NCBI RefSeq assembly: GCF_009914755.1 | Contig: NC_060940.1 | Origin: the human T2T-CHM13v2.0 reference genome, Homo sapiens | Reading direction: 5' to 3' (one strand) | DNA length: 64,000 nt | Part shown: in pieces, positions 15,872 to 30,754 of the stretch | Layout of the letters: every line of letters begins with the position of its first letter | Position numbering within the stretch: position 1 is the stretch's first letter | The notes under the pieces: model-generated | Databases searched by the model: none | Told to the model about the DNA's origin: nothing | The model's input: the letters and a program-made list of their open reading frames with translations, nothing else | Program-made: the position numbers and the translations under genes

Positions 15872-16175
15872 TGCCAGGTGCGGTGGCTCACACCTGTAAT
15901 CCTAGCACTTTGGGAGGCTGAGGTGGGCAGATCACCTGAGGTCAGGAGTTCAAGACCAGCCTGGCCAACATGGTGAAATCCCATCTCTACTAAAAATACA
16001 AAAATTAGCCAGGTGTGGTGGTGCATGCCAGTAATCCCAGCTACTTGGGAGGCTGAGGAAGGAGAATCGCTTGAACCCGGGAGGCAGAGGTTGTAGTGCA
16101 CCAGATCGTGCCACTGCACTCCAGCCTGGGCGACAAGAGCGAAACTCTGTCTCAGAAAAAAAAAAAGGAAAAAAG
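15872..16175 (+). mobile_element. AluS
   Basis: TSD aagaactc. Confidence 0.95.
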
Positions 16176-17016
16176 AACTCTTACAACTAAAAAAAATATA
16201 ATCAAATAAAAGATGGACAAAAGGCTTGAACAGACCTGTCACCAGTGAAGGGATATGAATGGAAAAGAAGCACATGAAAAGATGCTCAACATCTTTAATT
16301 ATAAAGGAGATGCAAATTAAAGCCACAATGAGAATATGCTATACATCTATTAGTAAACTACATAAAAAACAAACACAAAACCCCAAATTGACTATACCAA
16401 GTGCTAACCAGGGTACAAAGCCGCTGGCACTGTCATACACTGCTGGTGGAAATACACATGGTACAGTCACTTTGGAAAACAGGTTGACAGTTTCTCACAA
16501 GTTAAATATACACCAACTTTATGCTCTAGCAATCCCACTCCTAGATATTTCTCCAGAGAAATAAAAACACGTCTGCACTGATACCTGTATGCAAACATTT
16601 AAAACATAACAGCTCTACTGAGACATAGTTCATATACCATAAAGTTAACCTTTAAAGTTTTCCATGTGGTGGTTGTGGTTATGAAACCATTACCACTGTC
16701 TAAGTTTGGAACTTTTTCATCATTCCAAAGAAAGACCTCACACTCGTTAGCAGTAACTCCTCACTTCTCTCTCCTCCCAGACCCTGGCAAACTATCTGCT
16801 TTCTATCTCTGTGAATTTGCCTATTCTGGACATTAATTATTCAATATAAATGGAATCACATATATCACAAGTAGAATATTTTGTTTGGAGCTTTTTTTCT
16901 TAGCATGATATTTTCAAGGTTCATTTATGTTGTAGAACATATCAGAATTTCGTTCATTTTTTGGCTGAGTAATATTCCACTGTGAATATACCACATTTTG
17001 TTTAACAATTCATCTG

Positions 17017-17291
17017 TTTTTTTTTTTTTTTTTTGAGACAGAGTCTTGCTCTGTTACCCAGGCTGGAGGGCAGTGATGCAAACACGGCTCACCGTAGCCT
17101 TGACTTCTTGGGTTCAAGTGATCTTTCCACCTCAGCCTCCCAAGCAGCTGGGACTACAGGCGCATGCCACCACGCCCAGCTAAATCTTTTATTTTTTGTA
17201 GTGACAAGCCAAACTACTGGCCTCAAGGAATCCCTCTGCCTTGGTGGCCCAAAGTGCTGGTATTACAGGTGTGAGCCACCAAACCCGGCCT

Positions 17292-17322
<31 letters not shown>

Positions 17323-17601
17323 GAGATAGAGTCTTGTTCTGTCCCCCAAGCTGGAGAACAGTGACACAATCTCGGCTCACTGCACCCTATGCCTCCCAGT
17401 TTCATGTGATTCTCCTGCCTCAGCCTCCCCAAGTAGCTGGGACTACAGGTGTGTGCTACCATGCCCGGCTAATTTTTGTATTTTTAGTAGAGACGAGTTT
17501 TGCCATCTTAGTCAGTCTGGTCTTGAACTCCTTACCTCAGGTGATCCTCCCGCCTCAGTCTCCCAAAGTGCTGGGATTACAGGTATGAGCCATCACGCCT
17601 G
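17017..17601 (-). mobile_element. Two tandem antisense Alus (17017-17290 AluJ; 17297-17601 AluS)
   Basis: Two poly-T heads; second has TSD tgggacttttt. Confidence 0.93.
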
Positions 17602-17755
17602 GCTGGGACTTTTTAAGCTATTAAAAATATAATGTATTCTGAGAGTGGTGGTGATTGCATAACTGTATATATAAAAACTCACAGAACTGTTTAAAAAGTA
17701 AATTGTATTGTGTTTAAATTTACTCCAAAAAACTTGACTTTTAAAAGTTGATAGA

Positions 17756-18112
<357 letters not shown>

Positions 18113-18454
18113 TTAACTATTGATAGCAAAGCTGAAAAAAATAGCAAAGATTTGAACAACAGGAGTAACAAACTTGATCCAATGGACAGTGATTGAATCT
18201 CACCTTCCACAGTTAGGCGCTCCCCAAGCAATCATGGACCATTTACAAAAATTGATTGTATACCAGATTAGAAAGCAAGTTCCAAAGCATTTCAAAGAGG
18301 TACAGGTTGATTATCCCTTACCCAGAATGCTTGGGACCAGCAGTGCTTTGGATTTTGGATTTTCTTTTTTTGTATTTGGAATATTTGCATTATATACTTA
18401 CTGGTTCAGCATCCCTAACCTGAAAAATTGAAATCCAAAAGGGTCCAATGAGCA

Positions 18455-18583
18455 TTTCTTTTCTTTTCATTTTCTTTCTTTCCTTCCCTCCTTCCTTCCT
18501 TCATTCCCTCCCTCCCTCCCTCCCTTCCTTCCCCCTCTCTTTCTTTCCCTTTCCCTCTTTCCTTTTCTTTCTTTCTTTCTTTT

Positions 18584-18635
<52 letters not shown>

Positions 18636-19001
18636 TTTCTTTCTCTCTCTCTTTCTTTCTTTCTCTCTTTCCTCTCTTTCTCTTCTCTCTCTCTCTTCTC
18701 CTCCCATCCCCCCCTCTGTTTCTTTTTTTGAGACAGAGTCTTGATGTGTTGGCCAGGGTGGAGTACAGTGGCACTATCATAGCTCAACAAATCTACTGGG
18801 CTCAAGGGATCCTCCTACCTCATTCTCCTGAGTAACTGGGACTACAGGTGTGCGCCACCACACCTGACTAATTTTTAAAATTTTGCAGAGACAGGGTCTC
18901 ACTATGTTGCCCAGGTTGGTCTTGAACTCCTGGGCTCAAGTGATCCTCTCACCTCAACATCTCAAAGTGCTGGGATTACAGGCGTGAGCTACTGTGTCCA
19001 A
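18455..19001 (-). mobile_element. AluJ with a ~270-bp (CTTT)n/(CCTT)n expanded tail
   Basis: TSD ccaatgagcattt at 18445 and 19004. Confidence 0.92.
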
Positions 19002-19052
19002 CCCCAATGAGCATTTGAGTGTCATGTCTGTGCTTTAAAAGTTTTTAATTTT

Positions 19053-19433
<381 letters not shown>

Positions 19434-20328
19434 TCAGATTAGAGATACTTAGCCTGTATTTGATAGAGGACATTCTTTGATCATGATGCAATGAAGTTAG
19501 AGGGTAATAACAAAAATACAATTTAAAAAATCCCATATATTTAGGAATTTGTCACAGAGATCAACAAATTGACCAAAGAAACAGAGAAGAAAGCCCCGAG
19601 GCAGATGCAGGCATACGTGGAGCTCTGACCTATGCCAGTGGGAACATGTCAGATCAGTGTGCAAGAGGGACTATTCATTACTCAGAGTGGGTAAAATTGG
19701 TTGTTCACGTGAGGGGAAAGTGCAGTTGGATCACTACCTTACAGCATAACCGAGAATCAGTTCTAAATGGATTAATAATAGAGGTACAACTTTAACACAG
19801 TTTGGAGAAAACATAGGTTAATATCTTTCTGCCTTCAGGGAAATAATTGTTAAATAAAATACACCAAAAAGCATTAACTGTGATAAAATAATTGATACAA
19901 TTAAAAAATAACAATTTTGTTTCCCCAAAGATACCTTAAAGCAAATGAGAAGACAAGCTAAATCTGGGAGGAGACATATACACATATACATGCATAATCA
20001 GGATTGGTATCAAAAACCCCTATGAACTAGCAAGAAAAGGAAAAATGTGCAAAAAAGCCATGAACCAGCATTTCACCAAAGATGAAACAGCTATGGCCAA
20101 AAATTATGACAAGATGCTTAATTAAGCCCACTGGCTATTAGGCACGTGGAAGTCAAGACCACAACGAGACATCATCTTTCACGCATTTGATGGGTAAACA
20201 TTATGATGTCTGACACTGCTAAATGTTGGCGAGGACGTGGATCAACAGGAACTCTCAAAATTGCTGGTGAGAGTGTAATTAGTTCAAGCACTTTGGAAAA
20301 GCAGTTTGGCATTTCTCTTCGTGTAGAG

Positions 20329-20621
20329 CAGGGGGCCCCAACCCCCAGGCCATGAACTGGCTGGGGAGGAAACATTATCACCTGAGCCCCACCTCCTGTC
20401 AGATCAGTGGTAGCGTTAGGCTCTCATAGGACTGAGAACCCTATTGTGAACTGTGCATGTGAGGGATTTAGGTTGTGGGCTCCTTATGAGAATCTAATGC
20501 CTGATGATCTGAGGCAGAACAGTTTCATCCTGAAACCATTCCCCACTCTGCCCCCCGAATCTGTGGAAAAATTGTCTTCCATGAAACCAGTCCCTGGTGC
20601 CCAAAAGGTTGGGGATCACTG
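20329..20621. mobile_element. MER1B (hAT-Charlie)
   Basis: TIRs CAGGGGGCCCCAACC / GGTTGGGGATCACTG; 8-bp TSD gtgtagag/gtatagag. Confidence 0.9.
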
Positions 20622-20933
20622 GTATAGAGGCACACTGGCACACCTATGCTCTGGCAAATCTACCTCCCAATTATATCTAAGGGGAAGCCTTGCAGTGTTC
20701 CTAGAGATGCACCTGAGAATGTTCATAACAGCGTTGTTAGTAATCACAGAAACAGCCCGACTTCCCCTTGATAGGAGAGTGGCCTTGTGGTATCGTCACA
20801 GAACACAGCATTCTAAACCTCTGAAAGCAAATGGACCGCAGCTACCGGCCACAGCGTGGGCAAAGCTAAGACACATAAATGCTGATAAAAAAAAAAAAAA
20901 AAAGTTCCAGCGACTACAGTTTCATACCTTTAA

Positions 20934-21622
<689 letters not shown>

Positions 21623-22919
21623 CATACCTTTTTAATAATGGTTTAATGCCAAGAAAAAGTAAGTAATACATATCTAAACATTTATACTGCACTGAACTAT
21701 ACAGACAGAGCTGTAAAGGGCACATACAAAATTCAGGATGCCTCTGGGGAGGGGAGGTAGGGAAGGGTAGGGGAGACTCAGGAATTTGGATTTTGTTTGC
21801 AGGCAAAGGAGGGGGCACTGTTTCTAAGAAGAGTGATGATACCACCGTATTTTTGAAAAATGATGAAACAGCGTGGGGGAAACTGCTATGTCTTCCATAT
21901 TCAGGCTTTTTCTTCTCCAAGCCCATTTCCTCCCTAGCAATGATAAGAGGAAACACTCCCGGTGAGTCAGATGCTCTCTAAATATTTTTGCTCATTGAAT
22001 GTTGACACCAGCCCTGTGTTTAGTATCATACTGGGAACACGCATGAGGAGCTGAAGCACAGACAGGTTAAGTGGCTCGCCCAGGGTCATACAGCTACTCA
22101 GTGCTGGAGCCGAGATCACACCAGGCTCTGCTTCCCCACCAGAACCATGAGAGGTTGGGAGTGACCCTACTGGACAGGGATATCTGAGGTGGGAGGGGCT
22201 GTGTGTGTGTTCATGCTGAGGCCGGCATGCTTAGAACATCAACCTCAATTTTCCTCCCCACAGGGTCTGGCGGGGAGGCAGGGAGCAAGGTCGTTAAGGG
22301 TGGGCAGGGTGAGGGGGAGATTCCCTGACAGCCTGGGTTCTGCCCCTCACTTGCTACAGCCCCATGCAAGCCTCTTGGCCTCTCTGAGGCTCTGTATTCT
22401 CACCTGTCAAATGGGGGTTGTCCTGGGTGTTACTTCAAAGGCTGATGAGAAAGGAGTGAGTGGGCTGGCTCGCAGCCTGGCGTGACAAGCAATGCATAAA
22501 TGTATGCCATATGAGTCACCTGTCCACAGTGGCCCCAGCAGCTCTCTCTAGCAGGGCTTGGCCAAGACTAGGCCCTCAGAGTGTAAGAAAACTCCTGGTT
22601 TGGTGCCTAGCACACTATAGATGTGGCAAACTGTGTCCAAGAACGTTTTGATGGGAGCCTGCCTGGATGACAGAAGATCAGAGTGTGCTGGAATGTCCCA
22701 CCCTTTCCAGCTTCCCGCAGCCAAGCCAGGCTCTGGGGTGATCATTCCTATAGCAACCACCAGGGGTCAGGGCTGGCCACTTCTGCCTTCTTCCCTCATC
22801 CTAGCGCCTGTGGGTGGCGATGACATCCCTGCCATCTATGAGGTGGAGCATTTCCAACAAGAGCAGGTCTGAGGCCCTGGCTTGACTTTCCCAGTCCTGT
22901 TAAAGAAGAACATTGGTAA

Positions 22920-23370
22920 GTGTGTCCATCCATCTGTTGGGCTGTCTGTTGTTCTAACATTCACCCATCCATTTATACTTTTGTCCATTCATCCATTTAT
23001 CTGTTCATTCTTTTGTCTGCCCATCCATCCATTATCGCTTTATCTTCTATTTCCTCATCTATCCACTCATCTGTTCCTTCATCCAGCCATTCATCTGACT
23101 ATCCATCTGTCCATTGTCCTCCACCCGTCATCCATCCATCCAGCCTCCATCCATTCATCCGTCCATCTATCCATTCTAATGTCTGCGTGTCCATCTGTCC
23201 ATCTATCCATCCATCCCTCCATCCATCCATCCTTCCTTCCTCCTTCATCCACTCATCTGTCCATTCTAATGTCTGTGGGCTCTTCTCTTCATCCATCCAT
23301 TCATCCATCCATCCATCCATCCATCCATCCAATGTTCAAACACCTGTCCATCTACTCTCTGTCTATCCAA
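22920..23370. repeat. Degenerate (CATC)n tetranucleotide repeat
   Basis: TCCA runs; internal duplicated ccattctaatgtctg. Confidence 0.92.
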
Positions 23371-24259
23371 CATGCAGTGAGACCTTCTGTTGAGCCAGGA
23401 CTTGCTCAGCTCCAGGGTACCCTATGAAGGAAGGAGACCCAGTTCCCGTTTCTGCCACTTCACTCCCCCACCTTTGGCTCACCATTTGCTGGGGAGTGGA
23501 GAAGTATCAGGCAGTGATAACATAATGAGATGTGTGTGGTCAAGCTCGGAGGTGCAAAAATGTCATATTAATTTTTATGTCACATTAGACTCCAAGGCCT
23601 CTCATCCCCTGCATGGGTAGGAAATTCAACTCGTCCTTTATGGAGAAGGCCATTGGGTTAAACAAAAATCTGGGTGGCTTAGGTTGCTTGCTCCTGGAAG
23701 GAAAACGGGGGAAGGGCCTGGGGTTAGACTCCGTGGTCTCAACGTGGTTCTCTACACCCTCCAGGCTTGGTCCAGGGAAAGCTTTGCTAAGGCTGAGAAG
23801 CCTGCTTCTCAGAAGCACGCCAGACCTGCTTTCAGGCTGTGCCTGGCACAGTGGGAGCCTCTGGTCTCAGACAGGCCCTGCATTTGTTCCCTTACCCAGG
23901 AACCCAGGCTGCAAGAACACAGACCTCTCTGGAGTGCCTGGAGCCTGTGGGCTTGGCTGCTTCCGCTAGCAGATGTTAGAGTGGGGAGAGAGGTGTCACC
24001 CAGCCTGGCCCGGGTGGTGCAGGGCAGGAGGGTTTCCTGTGGGAGGTGACTTCTACACCAAGACCACAGTGTTGAACAGGGTTAGGCAGGAGAAAAGGGA
24101 GGGGAAGTGGCACAGGCTTGGGGTTGGGTGTGGTGGGGGTAGAGAGAGAATGCAGGAGAGTGGGCTTGGTGAGCAGAGTGGTGGTGGGAGGAGCTGGAGA
24201 GAAACCAGAAAAATAAGGAAGAGCCAATTATGGTGCTCGGGAAGTAGGGAGATACTGAA

Positions 24260-24600
24260 GCTCTTTGACCAGGGGAGTTCCTGATCCAAGTGGTGTTTCA
24301 AGAAGATCACTCTGGCAGGGGGTGGAGGCAGGTTGGAGTGGCATCCAGGGAGGAGTAGCTGTCCTAGATTGTGCTTGGGCATCAGCAGCAGGTGATGATG
24401 AGCCACCACACCTGGGTCATGCTGCCAGCAGGAATAAAGGGAGGGGCGAGGCTCTGGGAGGTGCTGGGAGGTAGAACCCACACTGCAGGTCAGGTGAGGG
24501 TGAGGGTGAGGTTGGAGCATCATCAAGGCTGATGTCTTGGACTCTTGGGTAGTTGGGGTGGCCTGTCTGTAACTAAGATGGGGAACCCAACGGAGGGAAG
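24260..24600 (-). mobile_element. L2 fragment
   Basis: tttcaagaagatcactctggcag...catcaaggctgatg. Confidence 0.6.
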
Positions 24601-24629
24601 AGAATTGGTGATGTGTGTGGCTCGGTTTG

Positions 24630-24935
24630 ATTGATAGATTGGTGGATTTTCAGAGACAGGATCTACTCTGTTGCCTAGGCTGGAATGCAGTGGCACAATC
24701 AAAGCTCACTGCAGCCTCAAACTCCTTGGCTCAAGTGATCTTCCCATCTCAACCTCCTGAGTAGCTGCAACTACCGGTGTGCACCACAATGCCCAGCTAT
24801 TTTTAAATTTTTCTGTAGAGATGGGGGTCTTGCTTCATTGCCTAGGGTGGTCTTGAACTCCTGGCTTCAAGTGACCCTCCTGCTGCAGCCTCCAAAAGCA
24901 TAAGGATTATATGTGTGAACCACCATGCCTGGCCT
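24630..24935 (-). mobile_element. AluJ
   Basis: Diverged antisense dimer. Confidence 0.92.
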
Positions 24936-25844
24936 AGTTATTTATTTTTAAGCATTAAAAAATGGTAAACATTTAAGCATTAAAAAATGGAGAATACACA
25001 GGATATGCCCATAGTTTAACAAAAATGATAAAGCAAATCCCTGTGTAACTACAACCCTGGTAAAGAAAGAGAACATTGCCACCACCCCAGAAACCCCCAC
25101 CGCCAATCCTCCATCACAACCTCACTGTGCTGGAGAGGGAAACGTTATCCCGACACTTAGAGGAATCTCTCTCTCACTTTTATTTATGGTTTTACCACCT
25201 GTACAGTTTTAAACAATACAGTTTTAGCTCTTTAGTTTTAGTTTTAAAACAATACAGTTTTAGTTTTGCTTATTTTGGAAGATTACATGAATGAAACCCA
25301 CCTTCTTTTACTCAATGTTATGTTTGTAAGATTCATCTGCATTGCTGTATGTAGAAGTAGTTTGTTCCTTTTCATTGCTGTATACTATTCCAATATGTGA
25401 ACATACTATGATTTATTAATCCATTAATTTCCTGGTGGATGTTGGGATGTTTGCAGGTTAAGGCTGTTACCAACAATGCTACTATAAGCATTCTTATAGG
25501 TGAGTAGCGGTACAAATATGCATGTACTTCTGCAGGCTATGTATCTGGAAGTGGACTGTCTGAACCACAGGTCATGAGCATCTTCAATGTTACTAGATAA
25601 TGCCTGCTTTCTAAAGTGGTTGAACAAATTTACAGCCCCTCCTAGCCATCCTCCACCCCCTCCTAAGTGTTCCACAGAGCCACACTCCGTATGGCTAATT
25701 TGGGGAAATCTCATGGGTGGGTCGTGATGGCTCATTGTTATTTTAAGTTGTATTTCCATGGCATGTATTTATCGGCCAGTTGGATTTCCTCTTTTGAAGT
25801 GCCTATTCAAATGCTTTTCCAGCTTCTTATTGGGTCATTTGACT

Positions 25845-26200
25845 CTATAGCAGACACATCTGGGGCCAGCATCACTCTGATTTCAGCCTCCATGTCATGG
25901 AGCCTCCCACTGCCAGAAAGCCAGTCTTTCCACATTCTACCCAGGGACTCATCCAACCATGTGGGAAAGCCTGGAATGATGGAGAAATGCCCCAGCCTCC
26001 TGACCTTCATGGAAACAACCCTGGAACTCTCAGGGGTCTTGGAGGTCCCAAAGGAACCCAGTCTTCAGTACCTACAGCAGTGACCTTGACAATGCCCATG
26101 AACTGGGTTTCTACCTCCCTCCCCCACCAACTCTGCTGCTGGCATGACCTTCTAGATATACTGCCTGTACCCAAGTCCTTGTCTCAGGCTCACTCTTCAT
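25845..26200 (+). mobile_element. LTR16-family (ERVL) solo LTR
   Basis: 3' motif gtacccaagtccttgtctcaggctc resembles the LTR16 end. Confidence 0.6.
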
Positions 26201-26807
26201 TTCTTCCTTGTCGATTTGTAGGAGCTATTTATGTATTCTGAATAGTATTCCTTTGTCAGTTATATTATTGTCAATATATTCTCCCATTCTATGAGTTTTC
26301 TTTTTCACTTTTTTTTCCCTGCCGTCTTTTGACAAACAGACATTCTTTAGTTTAATATATTCTAATTGATTAAACTCTTACTTCTGGTTAGTGTTTTTTT
26401 GTGTTTTTTTTTTTTTTTTTTTTTTTTTTTCAGAAATCCTTCCCTGCTCCAAAGTTTATGTTATGGCTTGGAAGTTTAATAGCTTTTCACCCTTAGGTCT
26501 TTAATTGATTTTGGTAACTGGTATGTGCTAGGGTCAAATTTCATTTTTTTTCCCGTAGGGATACCCAACTGTTCTAGCACCATTTATTGAAAAGTCAACT
26601 CTTCCTTCAATATTCAGAAATGTCACCTCTGTCATAAACCAGGCAGCCACATGTGTATTAGACTGCTGGTGAGTGCCCTATCTTGTATATTTCTGCATGT
26701 CTTAAATTAGTTCTTAATTAAGTTTTAGAATTTTATCTGGGTTTTGCACATTTCTAGTTAGATTTATTTCTCAGTACTTGATATATTTTGAAGTATTATA
26801 AATGATG

Positions 26808-27078
26808 GTCATATTAGTTATCATGGCCATGTAACAAATCACTCCAACACTCAGTGGCTAAAACAACAAAATTTATCTCCCCATTTTTGTGGGCCAGGAA
26901 TCCAGGGGTAGCCTAGCTAAGTGGCAATGGCTCAAGGTCTCTTATGAGGTTTCAGTCAAGTTGGAGGACAGAGCTGAGGTCTCATCTGAGGGCCTGACTG
27001 TGGAGGTGATCCACAGGGCTGCCTCGTGACATGGCAGCTAGCTTCACCCAGAGCAAGTGATCTGAGAGAGAGAGATAG

Positions 27079-27109
<31 letters not shown>

Positions 27110-27300
27110 TAGTATTCAAGATGGAAGCCACACTCTTTATAACCTAATATCAGAAGAGACATCCCATTATTTCTGCCATATTCTATTCATTAGAAGTGAG
27201 TCACTAAATCCAGCCCATACAAGAAGATGAGATTACCCAAAGGTGTGAATACCAGGAGGTAGGGTTCACTGGGAGACTTCCTTAGAGGCTGCCTATTGCA
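26808..27300 (-). mobile_element. MLT1F-like MaLR LTR with (AG)n
   Basis: ...gtgtgaataccaggagg...cttagaggctgcctattgca terminus. Confidence 0.8.
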
Positions 27301-27361
27301 GTGATTTTTTAAAAATCTTCATTTCCTGATTCTTATGGCTACTATATAATTTTACATAATT

Positions 27362-27657
27362 GTTATTTTTTTTTGAGATGCAGTCTCACTCTGTTGCCCA
27401 GGCTGGAGTGCAGTGGTGCCATCTTGACTTACTGCAACCTCTGCCTCCCAGGTTCAAGTGATTCTTGTGCCTCAGCCTCCTGAGTAGTTGGGATTACAGG
27501 CACATGCCACCATGCTCAGCTAATTTTTGTATTTTTAGTAGAGATGCTGTTTCGCCATGCTGGCCAGGCTGGTCTTGAACTCCTGGCTTCAAGTGATCCA
27601 CCTGCCTCAGCCTCCCAAAGTGCTGAGACTGCAGATATGAGCCACTATGTCTGGCCT
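27362..27657 (-). mobile_element. Alu
   Basis: Antisense dimer. Confidence 0.94.
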
Positions 27658-29528
27658 CACAATGAAGTTTTAATATTGATTTTTGTATTCAGCAACCTCG
27701 CTAAACTCTCTCATTGAATATAATAGTTTATCTGTGGATTGCTTTGCATTTTTCATATACTCGTCATATCATCCGTGAATGATAAAGTTCATTTTTATCT
27801 TTCCAATCCTTGTATGTTTTATTTTATTTATTTTCCTTGGTACACAGGCCAGGTCTTACAGAACAAGAGTTTAACAGCTGTGGTAATAGTGAGCTTCCTT
27901 ATCTTGTTGCCAATCTCCAAGGAAAAGTTTTTAACAGTTTCACCTGAAAGTATACTATCTGTTGTAGTGTTTCATATACCTGTATATTAGATCAGATATT
28001 ATCAGATTTAGGGAGTTCCCTTCTGTTTCCAGTTTGCTAAGGGTTTTTGTTTGTTTTAAAATCATGAATGAATGTTGAATTTTGTCAAACATCTCTTTGC
28101 ATATATTGCGATCATTATTATAATTTTCTACTTTGATCTTTTAATGTCATGAATTACATTACTTTTTTTGGTAATGTAAAATATGTATTGCATTTGTTAA
28201 ACCTAACATTATCCTTTTATATGTTACTGGATTTAGTTTACTAATTTTTTAAAAGAATTTTTGCATCTATGTTCTTGAGAAAGAGTAGCCTGTAATTTTT
28301 CTTTCTCATACTGTCTAGTTGGGTTTTGGTGTCAAGAGTATGCCAGCCTCATAAAACAAGTTTGAGTCTTCATAAGAGTTTGGGGCCAACTTGGAATTAT
28401 TATTTATTCCTAGAATGTTTGGTATAACTTGCCAGTGGAACTGCCTGGCCTTAAGTTTTCACTGTGGGAAGATTTTTGAGTATAAATACAAATTCTATGT
28501 CTAGGACTGCTCAGAATTTCTATTTCTACTTATGTCAATTTAGGTAAGCAATGCTTTTCTAAGGCTTTTTATAAAATTTAAATTTATTGGCATAAAGTTG
28601 TTCACAATATTATCTTTTTATATAATTATGGTCATAATAATGTTCTCCTTTTTCTATCTGACATAGGTTATTTGTGCTTTTCTTTTCTAGTGTCTTCGTT
28701 ATTTCTCCAGAGGTTTGCCAATTTTACTAATCTCTTCAAAGATCCAATTTTGATTTTTGTTCATTTTCTTAATTGTATGCTTACTATTTTATTAGCTTGT
28801 GCTTTGGTCTTCCGTATACTTTTTTTGGGGGGGGGGTTGAATTTACTATTCTTTTTCTAAGCTCTTTGAAATGGATGATTAGCTCATTAATTTTAAGTCT
28901 TTACTCTTTTCTATTATATGCTATATATTTTCCTGTAAGTATTAACTTTAGAAAAATTTCCTACCAGCTTTGATATATATGATATTTTCATTATTATTCA
29001 CTTCAAAATGTTTTTAGTTTTTAATTGTAACTTCTCTGTGATATAAAGAAGTATGACTTTAAATTTTCCACATTATGGGGATTTCCTAGTTTTTTTTTAT
29101 TGATTTTAGCTTAATTATATTGTGGTCAGATCAACATTACATGAATTAGAAATTTATCAAGATTTGTTTTAGGCTCAGAATATGAGCCAAATTTGTAAAT
29201 GTTCTGCTTGAAACATGTATCTTACAACAATTGTGTGCAGTATTCTACATATGCTCATTAAGTCTAGTTTATTAACAGAGTTCTTCAAATCTTTTATACC
29301 CTTTTGTCTCGTTTTTAAAATTAAACTGAAAAAGGTGTCTTAAAATCTTCTATTATGGCTGTTGATTCTTCCATAGTCCTATTAAGTTTTGCTTATATAT
29401 TTTGAGATTATGTTGTAGGCACAAATTTAATATTGTTATGTCTTCCTAGGAACTTTTGCTATCTTTTCCTCTGGTTTTTGCCTTAAAGTTTATTTTGTCT
29501 TTCATGAATATAAATACTTACATCTGCC

Positions 29529-29529
<1 letters not shown>

Positions 29530-29562
<33 letters not shown>
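29530..29562. repeat. (TG)~16 microsatellite at the tail of a small antisense L1 3' fragment (~29563-29700)
   Basis: TG run followed by gattcagggagtacatgtac. Confidence 0.9.
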
Positions 29563-29566
<4 letters not shown>

Positions 29567-30046
29567 TTAGATTCAGGGAGTACATGTACTTGTTTGCTAC
29601 ATGGGTATTACACGTGTAATGGTGCAATTGGGCCTCTGGTATACCCATCATTCAAATATTGGACACTGTACCCCATAGGTGATTTTTCAACTTTCTCTTC
29701 ACTAGTATTTTTACCTTATTACTTTAAACTTTATTCTTATGCTTTAAATGTATCTCTTCTTTTGTAAACACCATAATTCCCCTCCCCCCATTCCAAATCA
29801 AGTCTGAAATTCTTTGCCTTTTAACGGGAGCATTTAGTTCATTTACATTTAATGTATATGTAAATGTAAATACAGTGTATACTTTGTAAATGTTTAGAAT
29901 TAAATCTATTACTTTAGCTTATCTGCTTATTCATTCTATTCTTTTTCTCTTCTGTCTGGACTTAAAAAATGATCTGCATATATTTTATCATTTAATTTTG
30001 TCCCTTAGCTTGTTTGAAATGACATACTGTTTCTATTCCTTTAGTG

Positions 30047-30258
30047 CAGGGATTAGAGACCTTTTCTCTGTAAAGGGCCAGATAATATATATTTTATGGT
30101 TTGTGGACCACAGTCAGTGGGTTTTTTTAGGGTCTGTGGGCCGAAGTCAGATTTTTTATAGCCATTTAAAAATCTAGAAACCATCCTTAGCTTGCAGGCT
30201 ATATAAAAACAGGCTGAAATCTGTATTTAGCCCATGGGCCATAGTGTGTAACCTCTTC
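30047..30258. mobile_element. MER58-family (hAT-Charlie)
   Basis: ctgtaaagggccagataat...gcccatgggccatagtgtg. Confidence 0.78.
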
Positions 30259-30452
30259 TAGTGTTCACTCTAGAAATTATAACATGCACACTTAACTTAT
30301 CAAAGCCTACAATTAATGAAAACCTTTACCCCTCTGGACAACACATTGATATTAGAACATTTTGAGTCTATTGCCTTCCTAACCCCAATTCCTATGTTAT
30401 GTTGTCTGGTATTTACATTTTATTCCAAACTCTACTAGATATGATCATTACT

Positions 30453-30754
30453 CTTTTTTTTTTTTTTTTTTGAGACAGAGTCTTGCCCTGTTGCCCAGGC
30501 TGGAGTGCAATGGCACGATCTCGGCTCATTGCAACCTCCAAGGTTCCAAGGTTCAAACGATTCTCCTGCCTCAGCCCCCCGACTAGCTGGGATTACAGGT
30601 GCGTGCCACCATGCCCAGGTAATTTTTTGTGTCTTTAGTAGAGATGAAGTTTCACCATGTTGGCCAGGCTGGTCTCAATCTCTTGACCTCGTAATTTGCC
30701 CACTTTGGCCTCCCAAACTGCTGGGATTACAGGCGTGAGCCACCATGCCCAGCC
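30453..30754 (-). mobile_element. AluS
   Basis: TSD atc(a/g)ttact. Confidence 0.94.

Noticed and set aside
16259-16564. L1 ORF2-like peptide
   Set aside because: Short decayed fragment of an old L1; not an active element.
18415-18805. KER-rich and FLS-rich ORFs (also 22882-23427 and 59756-60593)
   Set aside because: Translations of simple repeats.
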